DNA of 64,000 nucleotides from positions 102,982,001 through 103,046,000 of the forward strand of contig NC_043004.1 in the NCBI RefSeq assembly GCF_006345805.1, given 5' to 3'. The stretch's first letter is position 1. Each line of letters begins with the position of its first letter. The notes below the pieces were generated by a model. The model was not told the DNA's origin. It saw nothing but the letters and a program-made list of their open reading frames with translations, and did not search any database. Positions 37,871-50,805 of this stretch are shown one piece after another. Position numbers and translations under genes: made by a program. The stretch comes from Octopus sinensis (lineage: Eukaryota).

Positions 37871-40556
37871 TGTTGTTGGCATCCTTTTTGTCTCGGGAGA
37901 CAATGGAGTTGCGCATTAAATAATCTAGTCCGGCTTTTACATTCCATGTCCTGATACATTTCCTGCTGTGGCTGTGTAGTCCTATCCTGGACAAACACTC
38001 CCTCTGGCAGGTGCCGCAAATGTAGCAAAGACTTTGCCTGGCTGGTTGTAATGTCATAGTTTCTTGTTGACGTCTTTTCTTGTCTTTCCATTTCTCCTCT
38101 CTCTCTATGTCACTCCTTTGTGTTCTCTCTTTTACGGTACGTCGCCAATCTCCACGGTTGCTGGCAACTGCTTCCCAGTTGGTAATATTGATGTCGCAGG
38201 CATTCATGTCCCTTTTGCAAACATCCTTGTATCGTAAGAACGGTTTTCCCACAGACCTAGTGCCCCTAGCAAGCTCTCCGTTGAGTATGTCCTTGGGGAT
38301 TCTGCCATCTTCCATACGGCTAACATGTCCAAGCCATCTCATACGTCTTTGTGTGAGGAGTGCAAACATGCTTGGTATTCCTGCTTGCTTGAGGACATCT
38401 TTGTTGGGGACAGGATTCTGCCATTTGATGCGAAGGATTTTCTGGAGGCAGCGCAGGTGAAATATATTTAGGTGACGTATGGTGTCGTATGGCGTGTGTA
38501 TGGCGTCCAAGTCTCACTTCCATACAGAAGAGTGCTAAGTACACATGCCTGGTAAATCTTCATTTTTGTGGCCTTGGTCCCATGCCCGTTTGGAGAGTTG
38601 GGCCATCACAGCAGCTGCCTTACCAATGCGTATATTGAGCTCAGCATCAAGGGATAGGTTGTAGGTGACGGTAGAGCCAAGATAGGTAAACCTCTCCACC
38701 TCCTGTAGTCTGTAGTCCCCAATATGTATGTTTGGGATGTCCGATGTAGCCTGACCCATGATGTTGGTCTTCTTGAGGCTGATAACTAAGCCAAAGTTGC
38801 CACATGCTTGCTCAAAACAGTTGATGAGCCTTTGTAGGGCTTCTTCTGTGTGTGATAACAGAGCGGCATCCTCAGCAAATAGCATCTCCTTGATCAGGAC
38901 GCTTCTGATTTTGGTCTTGGCACGCAGGCGCGAGAGATTGAACAGTTTCCTTTTACTGTGCAGAAACATTCCATCATCTGATGTCTCAAAGGCATGTGAC
39001 AGCAGCAGCGAGAAAATGCCAAATAAAGACACAACCTTGCTTTACCTCATTTTTTATTTGGAAGGCGACTGATGTTGAACCATTGTGCTGCATGGTGCCT
39101 TGCATATCATCATGGAAAGATTTGATGATCCTCAGCAGCTTTGGTGGACATCCGATTTTTTGGAGCAGGATGAAGAGGGCATTTCTACTTACCAAGTCAA
39201 AGGCCTTTGTCAGATCAATGAACGCCATATATAATGGCATTTTCTGCTCTCTGGACTTCTCCTGAAGTTGGCGTATGGAGAATATCATGTCAATAATTGA
39301 TCTGCTTCTTCTAAAGCCACACTGCGATTCTGGATAAATTCGAGAAGCAAGCAGTTGCAGCCTAAACAGGATAATGCGAGCAAAGGCCTTTCCAACAGTG
39401 CAGAGTTATTCCACTGTAATTGTTACAATCACCACGGTCACCTTTGTTTTTGTAAAGCGTAATGATGTTGGCATCCCGCATATCCTGAGGGACTGTACCC
39501 TCTTCCCAGCACTGACACAGAAGTTCATGAATGTACTGAAGCAGGATAGTATTTTTGCCGGTTTTGATGATCCCTAAGGGGATGTCGGATTTCCCCGGAG
39601 CCTTGTTACTTGCTAGGGAGTCAATAGACTTGGTGAGCTCTGCTATAGATGGCAGACTGTCAAGTTCACACATGACTGGCAAGATATTGACACCCTCGAT
39701 TGCAGCCTCAGCTACCGTGGTCTCTCGTGAGTAGAGATCTTGGTAGTACTCCATCCATGTATCCATTTGCTTGCTTTGGTCCTTGATGGGATCCCCAGTA
39801 GTTGATTTCAGAGACGCTGACTTGGTTGCGGATGGACCGAGGGCCTTCTTCAAACCGACATACATCCCACGGGTGTCGCCACTGTCAGCAGCTGATTGGA
39901 TACTCTGACAGATTTCCTGCTAATGCCTATTTGCACAGCATCTGGCAGTCAGTTGGGTTTTATTTCTTGCCTTTCTGAGTTCTTCGAGTGACTTTGTAGA
40001 AGAATCACTCTTGTATTGCATCAGAGCTGCACGCTTTGCTTCGATAACTGTTTCCAGCTCTGAGAGCCCAGCACTGAACAAAATCTGGGTTTTGCCTTTC
40101 TCTCATGCCGAAAGTATCTATTGATGTGGTATACAAAGCTTCCCTGATATAATTCCACCTACTTTCAGCAGAGGCGGTTGGGCAGCTACTGAGGGCAACC
40201 TTGATAGAAACAGCAAAACATTGTCACAGTGTAGGGCCCGAGGTTCTGGCAGTGTTAATGCGTGGTCGGTCCATTTTCTTTGAGTGATGGACTTTTTAGG
40301 CAGAATCATCTTATTAGTGAATGATCTATGTCACAATCCACGCTGTGGTAACTACGGGTCAGTTGAGCAGAATTCAGAAAGGATCTTCGTGTAATGATGA
40401 GATCCAGCTGATGCCAGTGGTGAGATCTTGGATGTCTCCAAGATGCCTTGTGGGATGTCATGTTGGCAAAGAATTTGTTGGTGATGCACAGGTTATGGTA
40501 TGTGCAAATTTCAAGTAGTCTCTGATCATTCATGTTGCCAATACCAAAACACATAA
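37871..40556 (-). mobile_element. RTE-BovB LINE, 5'-truncated in the APE domain, pseudogenised
   Basis: APE: GIGNMNDQRLLEIC..HNLCITN...HWHQLDLII; RT: KAPG, FIDLTKAFD, VKQGC, LFAEDAAL; RWLGHV.RM.DGRIPK.IL.GEL; C-terminal CxxC..SRIGLHSH; 3' end CCATTGTCTCCCGAGAC..GGATGCC(AAC)n. Confidence 0.93.
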
Positions 40557-40620
40557 ACTTACATATATACATACATATATATATACGATTGATTTGTTTC
40601 AGTTCCTGTCTACGAAATCC

Positions 40621-40689
<69 letters not shown>

Positions 40690-40695
<6 letters not shown>

Positions 40696-41075
40696 GATAA
40701 ATTGATAGATACAACTGAATGGGCAAACAAAAATATGAGACACTGCGTAGTGCTTTTTTATATATTGATAAGCCTGGTACTTATTCTATCAGTTTCTTCT
40801 TGTGAAACCAGTAAGTTATGGGGATGTAAATAAACGAACACCAGTTGTGAAGCAGTGATGAGGGAGAAACACAAAGACACACACATAGACTTACATATAT
40901 ACATACATATACATACAATTGATTTCTTTCATTTTCTGTCTACAAAATCCACTGACAAGGATTTGGTTGGTCTGAGGCTATAGCAGAAAACACATGCCAA
41001 GTTACCACACAGTGGGACTGAACTGAAGACCATGTGTTTTCGAACCAAGTTTGTTACCACACAGCCACACCTGCA
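40690..41075 (-). mobile_element. Old family A SINE
   Basis: Degenerate body and head (TTACCACACAGCCAC). Confidence 0.75.
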
Positions 41076-41262
41076 CTTATGTATGTATGTGTGTGTGTGG
41101 AGGGGTGGTGGATCGGTGTGTGTGTATGTGCGTATGGGTGTATATATGTATGCATATATATATATATGTATATATATGTGTACATATTACATATACATTT
41201 ATATATACATATACAGCTATACATATACATGTATATATATATATACATATATATATACATCC

Positions 41263-41489
41263 GGCGAGCTGGCAGAAACGTTAGCACGCCGGGCGAAATG
41301 CGTAGCTGTATTTCGTCTGTCGTCACATTCCGAGTTCAAATTCCGCCGAGGTCGACTTTGCCTTTCATCCTTTCGGGGTCGATAAATTAAGTACCAGTTA
41401 CACACTGGGGTCGATATAATCGACTTAATCCGTTCGTCTGTCCTTGTTGTCCCGTCTGTGTTTAGCCCCTTGTGGGTAGTAAAGAAATA
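41263..41489 (+). mobile_element. SINE family B
   Basis: Full head, body and tail. Confidence 0.9.
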
Positions 41490-41510
41490 TATATATATAC
41501 ATCCGTATAT

Positions 41511-41565
<55 letters not shown>

Positions 41566-41844
41566 CAGATACATACAATAGAGAGATGCTTTTGTTTTAC
41601 TTTTAACACGTAATACTGAAATAGTGGAGAAGATGTGATATTGCTGTGGGTTCGCCCTAGGCAAGAAGTTAACCATTTTTTTTTTGCCCATGACACTACA
41701 TGGACCCTAAGTAGGTCATGTGTAAAATTTGAATGAAATTGGTTGTGTAGTTCTCAAGTTTTAGGGATTCACACAGACAGACAGACACATTCTCAGTTTT
41801 ATATATAGAGATATATAACAACTTATATATATGAGTGTCTGTGT

Positions 41845-42000
41845 GAGTGTGGCTGTGCGGTAAGAAGCTTGCTTCCTAACCACATGGTTCCAGGTTCAGT
41901 CCCACTGCAAGCACCTTGGGCAAATGCCTTTTGCTATAGCCTCGGGCCGACCAAAGCCTTTTGAATGGATTTGGTAGATGGAAATGAGAGAAGCCTATCG

Positions 42001-42032
<32 letters not shown>

Positions 42033-42147
42033 TGCATGCATGTGTGTATGTATGTATGCATGTATGTATGTATGTATGTATGTCTTTGTGTTTGTGCTCC
42101 AGTATGACCGCAGTCAGATGACTGAAACAAGTAAAGGAATAAAAGAA
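41845..42147 (+). mobile_element. SINE family A with internal deletion
   Basis: Head GTGGCTGTGCGGTAAG, tail CCAGTATGACCGCAGTC. Confidence 0.8.
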
Positions 42148-42188
42148 TATGTGCGTGTATACTTATATACTATATATATTTGTTTATT

Positions 42189-42224
<36 letters not shown>

Positions 42225-42226
<2 letters not shown>

Positions 42227-42627
42227 TCTTTTACTCTTTTACTTGTTTCAGTCATTTGACTGCGGCCATGCTGGAGCACCGCCTTTAGTCGAGCAAATCG
42301 ACCCCAGAACTTATTCTTTGTAAGCCCAGTACTTATTCTATCGGTCTCTTTTGCCGAACCGCTAAGTGACGGGGATGTAAACACACCAGCATCGGTTGTC
42401 AAGCAATGCTAGGGGGACAAACACAGACACACAAACACACACATACATATATATATACACATATATACGACAGGCGTCTTTCAGTTTCCGTCTACCAAAT
42501 CCACTCACAAGGCATTGGTCGGCCCGAGGCTATAGCAGAAGACACTTGCCCAAGATGCCACGCAGTGGGACTGAACCCGGAACCATGTGGTTGGTTAGCA
42601 AGCTACTTACCACACAGCCACTTCTGC
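42225..42627 (-). mobile_element. SINE family A
   Basis: Full-length; tail to tail with the previous copy. Confidence 0.9.
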
Positions 42628-43804
42628 ATAGATATATAGATAGACATTACATACATTTATACATACATAAATACATATGTGTATGAGGCAGAGAGAGAGA
42701 GAAAGATAGATAGAGAGAGGGAGAGAACGAGAGAGAGAGAGACTATGAAAATTTGTTGTTTGCTCGACAGGACGCTTACTGTAAGACGTTCATTCGTGGG
42801 TTGACTTAATCTAACTTCACCTGAACGAGAAATGCCATCGTTTGATAAAACTCGTCGTTTGATAACGATATTGCACTCAGTGACCAGGAGTTGGGGTCAA
42901 ACATGTAGATTAATGGCATTCTGTCATTTCAGTGCAGTTATTTGCAACTGTTATAGATTCTGTGCTTCTTTCGCGCAGTTCCATCACCGGTGTGACCGAA
43001 CTTAACTCCGTACCTTTACACTTTTACAACACTGTTTTTGTATACATGTGATTTTCACACGTGTTTACGCATCCTAACATTTTACAAATTCTTTGAAAGT
43101 TTCTATTGAAATTCTTCACTTCTTCGATAGCTATTTCATTTTACGTTCCTTGTTGATTTTGCCATGACTTTCAAGAAACTGTTTTTTTTTTCCCGTTTTC
43201 CGCCATTACCTTTTTCATTTTTGTCTCCTGTTTTTGATTGTATATTTCGAGTGTAGAGGTAATTGATGTTCGATACTAAGCAAAAGAGTAAATTCAATAA
43301 AAGTGTCTTAACATCATCTGCAGAGGCGTTTCGATATTCATATTCGATCATTGTATCCGTTGATAATTCTTTCATTTTTAATATGCTCCAGTTGGTTCGA
43401 ACGTGGGTACACTAATCACTGTCATGTTTCATCTTTGGAGAACAACTTCTCCTTTCAAACGAATATGTGTTCATAACAACAACCTTCATTCATTAGCGTA
43501 AGAAAACTTTTGGAAGACTGGGGTTTTCGTTATCATTCTGTATTGGCAGCCAAAGACACTCTGAACTGGTAAATCTAACAAGAGGAGAAAATAATTTGTT
43601 TGAAGTGAAAGCAAGAGTTACCATCACTCAGAACGAGTATGAAGGGGAGACACCCGACTGCTCTGCTACGATGGGAGAGGATAACTCTACTCACCGTGTC
43701 TGTAAAAATCCACTCAATATTTTGATAGAGAGCCTAAAGATTTTAACAGACGCCGAAAGAATAGGCGCAACCCATAGATTCATGTGTTTACCAAGTGAGG
43801 GCCA

Positions 43805-43970
43805 AAGTAATGACGAAGAAAATAGGAGTATGTGAGTCAGATATTATTTATGTATAAGAAAATCTGAATGATTTATGGAAGTAGCGACGGTCTAAAGCAA
43901 TGACGAAGAAAAGTTGGCATATGTGAGTCAGATGTTATCTTTGTATAAGAAAATCAGGATGATTTGTGGA
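43805..43970. repeat. Two imperfect tandem copies of an about 90-bp unit
   Basis: AATGACGAAGAAAA...ATGTGAGTCAGAT.TTAT.T.TGTATAAGAAAATC occurs twice. Confidence 0.75.
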
Positions 43971-43999
43971 TGATCCAGAAAGCCATGTATGTTTAGAGT

Positions 44000-44950
44000 G
44001 AAAAAAAATGGACGGACTCTTGTAGTTAGTACTCTGGCTGTGTTATTTCTGTAAACTGCAAACAGCCATTGAGATAGTCTGTTTGCCAGCAGTTTTTTTT
44101 AAGTGATCGTAAGCATTTCGATGTCGATGGTAGTTAAAGAAGGTTTTTAGTTGACAAAGTCATCTTGTATTTTCTGTATTAGGTTTGTGAGTAGGTTCTA
44201 GTAAAGTGTAATGGTCTGAATCTGTGTTGTGATTTGGAGAGTGGGATGTGTGGGTTAGTGATGTTAAATGATTATCCTTTCTAGAGTTTTGTCAGGATGT
44301 AGAGAGGTCTATAATTCTATTTTACTTGACTTTTTGTTAGATTTTACAATTGTAACGACTCTTTAGCCCAGCTTGCAGTTTCTACGAAATTAACTGCGGT
44401 TACAATTCGTTGTAGATCGAGGTGGATACCATGATTCCTTTGTCTCCTCGATATTTTAAATTCATGTTTGAGATCTTGTCTGAATCCAAAGTTTTTGAAC
44501 TTTTAGATTTCTCTATTACGCTTTGAAAGTCGAACGGAAAAGGGAGGTAAAAATCGTAGTCTTAGAGGGATTTATTTTCTGAGTTGTCTTTTCTATGTGT
44601 TTTTTTTTATTTTTGGTAGCTGATCTTCGAGTAGTGTCTGATAAGACCATTTGATTTGTGTTGAAATGCGAATAGTATGAAGTTATTTATTCTGATATAG
44701 TGTATGGTGTGAGTGTAGCTATGGACGCTGGTAATTACACTGCATTGTATTTTGCTGTTAGTTTCGTGGTTTTGTATTGTCCACAAATGTTTGCCAGTTT
44801 TCGTAGAATGGAGAACAGTTGCTAGGCAAGGGCTTGCGTTCTTGGTAGTCAGGATGATCCTGGATCTGTGGGATTTCTTGATTGGTCTTAGTTGGAGGTT
44901 CTCCTGTATCAGGAGGCCTAAATCAAAGATGTGATCATGTATTTTATTTA
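44000..44950 (-). mobile_element. Highly degenerate Jockey/I-group LINE RT fragment
   Basis: With frameshifts: NYRPLYILTKL..II...IPLSKSQHRFRPLH...LLTNLIQKIQDDF...TTIDI.NAYD. Confidence 0.55.
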
Positions 44951-45094
44951 ACATGTATACTTTTATCCCATTTCTCTCTTCTTTTCTTGTTTTCCTCTCA
45001 TCTTTAATGTATCCCCTACCACAAATTGTAAACTGTCCTTATAATGTACCCCTCATCTGATGTCCCCAGAGCACGTAAATCTTCCCCCTCTGCA

Positions 45095-45166
45095 ACATCA
45101 TCATCATTGTTACTCCTCCTCCTCCACCTCCTCCTCCTCCTCCTCCTCCTCCTCCTCCTCCTCCTC

Positions 45167-45197
<31 letters not shown>

Positions 45198-45271
45198 AAC
45201 TGCTGCTGCTACTACTACTACTACTACTACTACAACTGCTGCTACTACAACTACAACTGCTGCTGCTGCTG

Positions 45272-45312
<41 letters not shown>

Positions 45313-45355
45313 GCTGGTGCTGTGTTGCTGCCGCTCGTGTTGCTACTAACTGCTG

Positions 45356-45397
<42 letters not shown>
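45095..45397. repeat. Compound trinucleotide array (CTC)n(TAC)n(TGC)n(TAT)n
   Basis: Seen directly; source of the poly-S/L/Y ORFs. Confidence 0.95.
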
Positions 45398-45919
45398 GAG
45401 TGAGAGAGAGAGCAGTGCATGCCATCAAAGTGACCCTGGGGTAAAATATACGAAGCCCAATATACCCATCATGACTACCCGTCTGATAAGGGTACACCAG
45501 GCACATGCATCACAACCATATGTGCGCGACAGGTGGAGCCCAGTTAGAATTTTCTTCAGGTTGAGTAGCCCATCCCGCTCAAAAGGTCCCTGAATAAGGG
45601 TTGTTTAAGGATGTTGAAAGAACCACCCATGTTTCCAGAGGTGAATTATTCAAACCCCAAAGAATCCCTCTCAACACATGGCTATGATGCTCCCCCACTA
45701 CTTCTGCTCGTGATCAGAGATGCACATATCGTCAGCCACTAAGGGACATGCTCAACTGCTTAAGGTCAAACAACTGACAAGCAAATCTGTGGTATTGAGC
45801 AGAATATTTGCTGTAGCCCATCTTTTATACCAAGACAAAACAATGTACATGATAACACTTCCAATCAGTTAAGATCAGAAGCCATGAGAGCCACTGCCTG
45901 GTACTGCATCAGGGCATTT
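45398..45919 (-). mobile_element. Unclassified (TAA)n-flanked non-autonomous element, copy 1
   Basis: Defined ends AAATGCCCTGATGCAG... and ...CTCTCTCACTC(AAT)n; strand assumes a TAA tail. Confidence 0.7.
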
Positions 45920-45939
45920 TATTATTATTATTATTATTA

Positions 45940-45970
<31 letters not shown>

Positions 45971-45989
45971 TATTATTATTATTATTATT

Positions 45990-46540
45990 GAGTGAGAGAG
46001 AGAGCAGTGCATGCTATTAAAGTGACCCTGGGGTAAAATATACGAAAACCAATATACCCATCAGGACTACCCGTCTGATAAAAGTACACCAGGCTCATGT
46101 CTCACAGCCATATGTGTGCGCGACATAGTGATTTCATATCAAGATTAACAGCGAATGACCTTGCAGGTGGAGCCCAGCTAAAATTTTCTTCAGTCCATCC
46201 CACTCAAAAGGTCCCTGAATAAGGGTTGTTTAAGGATGTTGAAAGAACACCCATGTTTCCAGAGGTGAATTATTCAAACCCCAAAGAATCCCTCTCAACA
46301 CATGGCTATGATGCTCCCCCACTACTTCTGCTCGTGATCAGAGATGCACATATCGTCAGCCACTAAGGGACATGCTCAACTGCTTAAGGTCAAACAACTG
46401 ACAAGCAAATCTGTGGTATTGAGCAGAATATTTGCTGTAGCCCATCTTTTATACCAAGACAAAACAATGTACATGATAACACTTCCAATCAGTTAAGATC
46501 AGAAGCCATGAGAGCCACTGCCTGGTACTGCATCAGGGCA

Positions 46541-46543
<3 letters not shown>
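45990..46543 (-). mobile_element. Same element, copy 2
   Basis: Same termini; (TAT)n on both sides. Confidence 0.7.
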
Positions 46544-46624
<81 letters not shown>

Positions 46625-47034
46625 CATTATTATTTCGCGCTTTCCTTCTTTAGATCTTTGAAGCCGTCTTTTATTTCGGTTATATGTGGCTTTGGTGCAT
46701 TGTGTTTGAAGTTGTTCTCGCTTTTACGAGGTTTGGCTATTTCTGGTCTGGTGTGTAATTGAAGTTATACAGTTTTTATGTCGCCCTGTGGGATGCCTTC
46801 TTTAAATGCGTTTATAATTATTTTGTTGAATCTTATGTACTGTAGTGTCTATGTCGGTGATTGTGGGGCTGTGGAATTCTGAAAAAAACACTTAATTCTG
46901 TATTTTCTGGCTCAGCTCATTTCAGTGCATCTTTTTTGAAGTCTGTAAAAGCGGTTTTACATTCATGTGCAACTATGTTAGATGGTCCGAAGAAAGTTTG
47001 CGAAATGACTGTGAAGTGACTGTAGTATCTAGGT

Positions 47035-47420
47035 GGAGACGCAATGGCCCAGTGGTTAGGGCAGCGGACTCGCAGTCATAGGATCGCGGTTTCGATTCCC
47101 AAACCGGGCGTTGTGAGTGTTTATTGAGCAAAAACACCTAAAGCTCCACGAGGCTCCGGCAGGGGATGGTGGTGATCCCTGCTGTACTCTTTCACCACAA
47201 CTTTCTCTCACTCTTACTTCCTGTTTCTGTTGTACCTGTATTTCAAAGGGCCGGCCTTGTCACTCTCTGTGTCACGCTGAATATCCCCGAGAACTACGTT
47301 AAGGGTACACGTGTCTGTGGAGTGCTCAGCCACTTACACGTTAACTTCACGAGCAGGCTGTTCAGTTGATTCGGATCAACCGGAACCCTCGTCGTCGTAA
47401 CCGACGGAGTGCTTCCGTCC
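47035..47420 (+). mobile_element. SINE family C with 11-bp TSD AGTATCTAGGT
   Basis: TSD at 47024-47034 and 47421-47431; full body. Confidence 0.92.
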
Positions 47421-47691
47421 AGTATCTAGGTGTGGGAAACAGAACTTGATGGTTAGAGAACAGTTGTTGGTAAAGCTTGTTGAGGTAAATGAATTTCAGC
47501 TGATCGTTTAAACCTTAAACAGAGTTGATTGCGACACCTCTGTTTGTCTATATTTCTATATTATTTGATAGTCAAGAGGTTCACAATCTTCGTGGACCAG
47601 GAGATCATGCACATAACAAAGCAGTAAAGTGCATAATTTGATTATTATATATGTAAATAGATATATATTACATATATAATACGAATGTGTG

Positions 47692-47932
47692 GAGGCACAT
47701 GGCCTAGTGGTTAGATCAGCGGACTGGGTGATGTGTGTGTGTTTATGAGCAAAACACCTAAGCTCCACGTGGCTCCACCAGAAGGTAATGGCGAAACTTC
47801 TGCCGACTCTTTCGCCACAACTTTCTCTCACTCTTCCCTCCTGCATCTTGCAGTTCGCCTATATGCAAAGGAAACCGGGAAACCGGCCCTTATGAGCCAG
47901 GCGGGGCTCGAGAAGGAACAAACAACAACAAT
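47692..47932 (+). mobile_element. Family C-related SINE with a different 3' tail
   Basis: C-type head and CTCTTTCGCCACAACTTTCTCTCACTC body, then GAAACCGGGAAACCGGCCCTTATGAGCC...(AAC)n. Confidence 0.75.
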
Positions 47933-48002
47933 ATAATACGTATATTATGCAAAAGCAAGATGCAAACTGACAGTCAATAAAATCTTAAAACTAATTCTTT
48001 CT

Positions 48003-48070
48003 GTGCGGCCCGGCACCAAATAATCCCCGGCCTCATACTGGTCCGCGGTCCGGTGATTGTATACCTCTGC
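48003..48070 (+). mobile_element. hAT-Charlie-like terminal fragment
   Basis: GCGGCCCGG..CC...TACTGGTCCGCGGTCCGGTGATTGTATACCTCTG resembles Charlie/MER58-type ends. Confidence 0.45.
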
Positions 48071-48210
48071 TATGTAGGACTTCGTTAGAAAGGATTGCAG
48101 TATTATGTTTATGGTATTAATGTACTTTGTGTTCCTAGTTTCTTTTCTTTTGGAAACCTGCATTTCTAGTGCAATGTAGTTTTCAGTTAGTTTACGAACG
48201 TCATTTATAA

Positions 48211-48428
48211 TCTCTTTTACTCTTTTACTCTTTTACTTGTTTCAGTCATTTGACTGCGGCCATGCTGGAGCATCGCCTTTAGTCGAGCAAGTCGACCCCG
48301 GTACTTATTCTTTGTAAGCCCAGTACTTATTCTATCGGTTTCTTTTGTCGAACCGCTAAGTGACGGGGACGTAAACACACCAGCATCGGTTGTCAAGCAA
48401 TGCTAGGGGGACAAACACAGACACACAA

Positions 48429-48471
<43 letters not shown>

Positions 48472-48642
48472 CATATATACGACAGGCTTCTTTCAGTTTC
48501 CGTCTACCAAATCCACTCACAAGGCATTGGTCGGCCCGGGGCTATAGCAGAAAACACTTGCCCAAGGTGCCACGCAGTGGGACTGAACCCGGAACCATGT
48601 GGTTGGTCAGCAAGCTACTTACCACACAGCCACTCCTGCGCC
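48211..48642 (-). mobile_element. SINE family A
   Basis: Full-length. Confidence 0.9.
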
Positions 48643-49199
48643 ATGTCTATATTTTAGATACAATTTTTTTATCTATAACACCAGCACCGTTATTAAAGGG
48701 TCTTCATATTCTGATTTAAGTGTAAGTGTAACTTTTGGTTATTCTGTCTTTTGTTTATAAGAAAGTTTCTTGAATTCCAACAATATTAGTGCTTTGTCTC
48801 ATCTCACTACTTGACAATAAGCGTTACGTCCCGTAACTTAACAGTTCAGCAAAAGAGTCCGATAGAATTAGTACCAGACTTTAAACAAGTACGAGGGTAG
48901 ATTTGTTCGATTAAAACCCTTTCAATGAGTTCTTTATTTAAGACGATAAGGTGTGCTTTGAGGCTGGTTTGATAGCTATGTTTCGCAAGTGGAGCGACTA
49001 CCAAGAGGCTTCTTCGTTAGTTCGTCTTCTGTGTCGGTAAGTACTCCAAACTATTATCATTAGCTACCTCTATATATCTACTGAACGAAACCAAATGAGG
49101 ATTATTCAGTTCGATTGAATCTAATCCAATTAAATAACATTTATTTTCTATTCGACTGAATTAGATTCGGTTGCATTGAATAATCCAATAGCCGTTGTT

Positions 49200-50160
49200 G
49201 TCATTTGACTACATGGTTAACATGTACGTTGCATAGTTATAACATTTCGGTTCAATCCCATTGCGCAGCATCTTGAGAAAATGTCTTCTACTGCTGCCTC
49301 GGGTCAACCAAAGCTTTATGAGTAAAATTTGTCATTCCTACACAATACTAAAAATTAACGTATTAGCTTTAACCTAAACGCTCTATTAACATTGGTATCA
49401 AATTTTGGCACAAGGCCTTCAAGTTCGACTCCAGTGCTCAAATGGTACTTAATTTATCGATCCCAAAAGGATAAAAGGCAAAATCGATTTCGATGGAATG
49501 AACTCAGAACGTAAAGACGGTAGATATGCCACTAAGCAATTTTGCCCGACGCTGTAACGATTCTGTCAGCTTACCGCTTTATGCTCTACTAATATTGGTT
49601 TCAAATTGGGGGGAGGGACATGGGAGATCAAGGCCAGCAAGTTCGTGGGAAGCATGTAAGTCGATTACATCGCCCCCCCCCCCACCACCAGTGCTCAATT
49701 GGTGCTCATTTTATCGACTCCGAAAGTATGAAAGGTAGAGTCGACCTCGGTAGAATTTGAGCTCAGAACGTAAAGACGGACGAAATGCCACTAAGCATTT
49801 TGTTCGGCATGCTAACGATTCTACCAGCTCGTTGCCTTAATACTCTATTATTATTACTATTATCAATGAAGGCGTTGAGTTGGTAGTATCGTTAGCACGC
49901 CGGGCAAAACGCTTAGCGTTATATCGTCCATCTCTACGTTGTGAGTTCGAATTCTACCGAGGTTGACTTTGCTTTTCATCCTTACGGGGTCGATAAATTA
50001 AGTACCAGTTAAGTACTGGGGTCGATATGATCGACTATCCCCCTCCACACAAATTCCAGGCTTTGTGCCTATAGTAATCCAGTTGAGCGCTGGGGTTGAT
50101 GTAACTGACTTACCTTCTCCCCCGAAATTGCTGGCCTTGTGCCAAGATTTGAAACCAGTA
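49200..50160. mobile_element. Cluster of degenerate SINEs (A head about 49205-49330; B copies - 49400-49570, - 49640-49840, + 49868-50050)
   Basis: Recognisable family A and B motifs in alternating orientation. Confidence 0.65.
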
Positions 50161-50725
50161 CTACCATTACATGTCAACCCCTGTAGGTCTGTTCCAATCT
50201 CATTTGAATAACTTCAATGTTTCTGTATTTCTACCTCGCTTAGTTTGCGCAAATGTGAATTCCTTTGCAGAGGGGTAAAAACAAGGAATATTTCCTCATT
50301 TTTTTTTTCCTTGTTTTTTACCCCTCTGCAAAGGAATTTCATTTAATTCTTTCGCAGGAAGGGCTAGTTCGACGAGTCGTGTTCTGTCCTTACCTTCGAA
50401 ACACGCATGGAGTCGAACTAGGGACAGCTGATGAAGGGGAATTTTCCTTGTATTGTTTGTCTTGTACTCTGTTTTTTCGTTGTTAAAAAAGTCCGTTTCC
50501 ATGTTTGTTTTTACGTTTTCGTTTCTCGTTGAGTTCTACGTCTATTTGTGGTGTCCTGTACTCACATATATATATATGTATACATGTATACATACATGTA
50601 GATATAAGTATGTACATATATGTATGTATATATGCATATATTTTATTTATTTATTATATTACTATATGACCGAACGCACGCGTTATTTCTCTATTTCTCT
50701 TCTCCAAGTTTTTATTTATATATAT

Positions 50726-50805
<80 letters not shown>

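Noticed and set aside
45016-45593. Long ORFs of poly-Ser/Leu/Tyr (also 25595-25812, 63346-63989 and the many YI/CV/HT ORFs)
   Set aside because: Stop-free reading of microsatellites
45680-45700. AGTAGTGGGGGAG similarity to the U1 snRNA 3' region (minus strand)
   Set aside because: Only about 12 nt; no other U1 features
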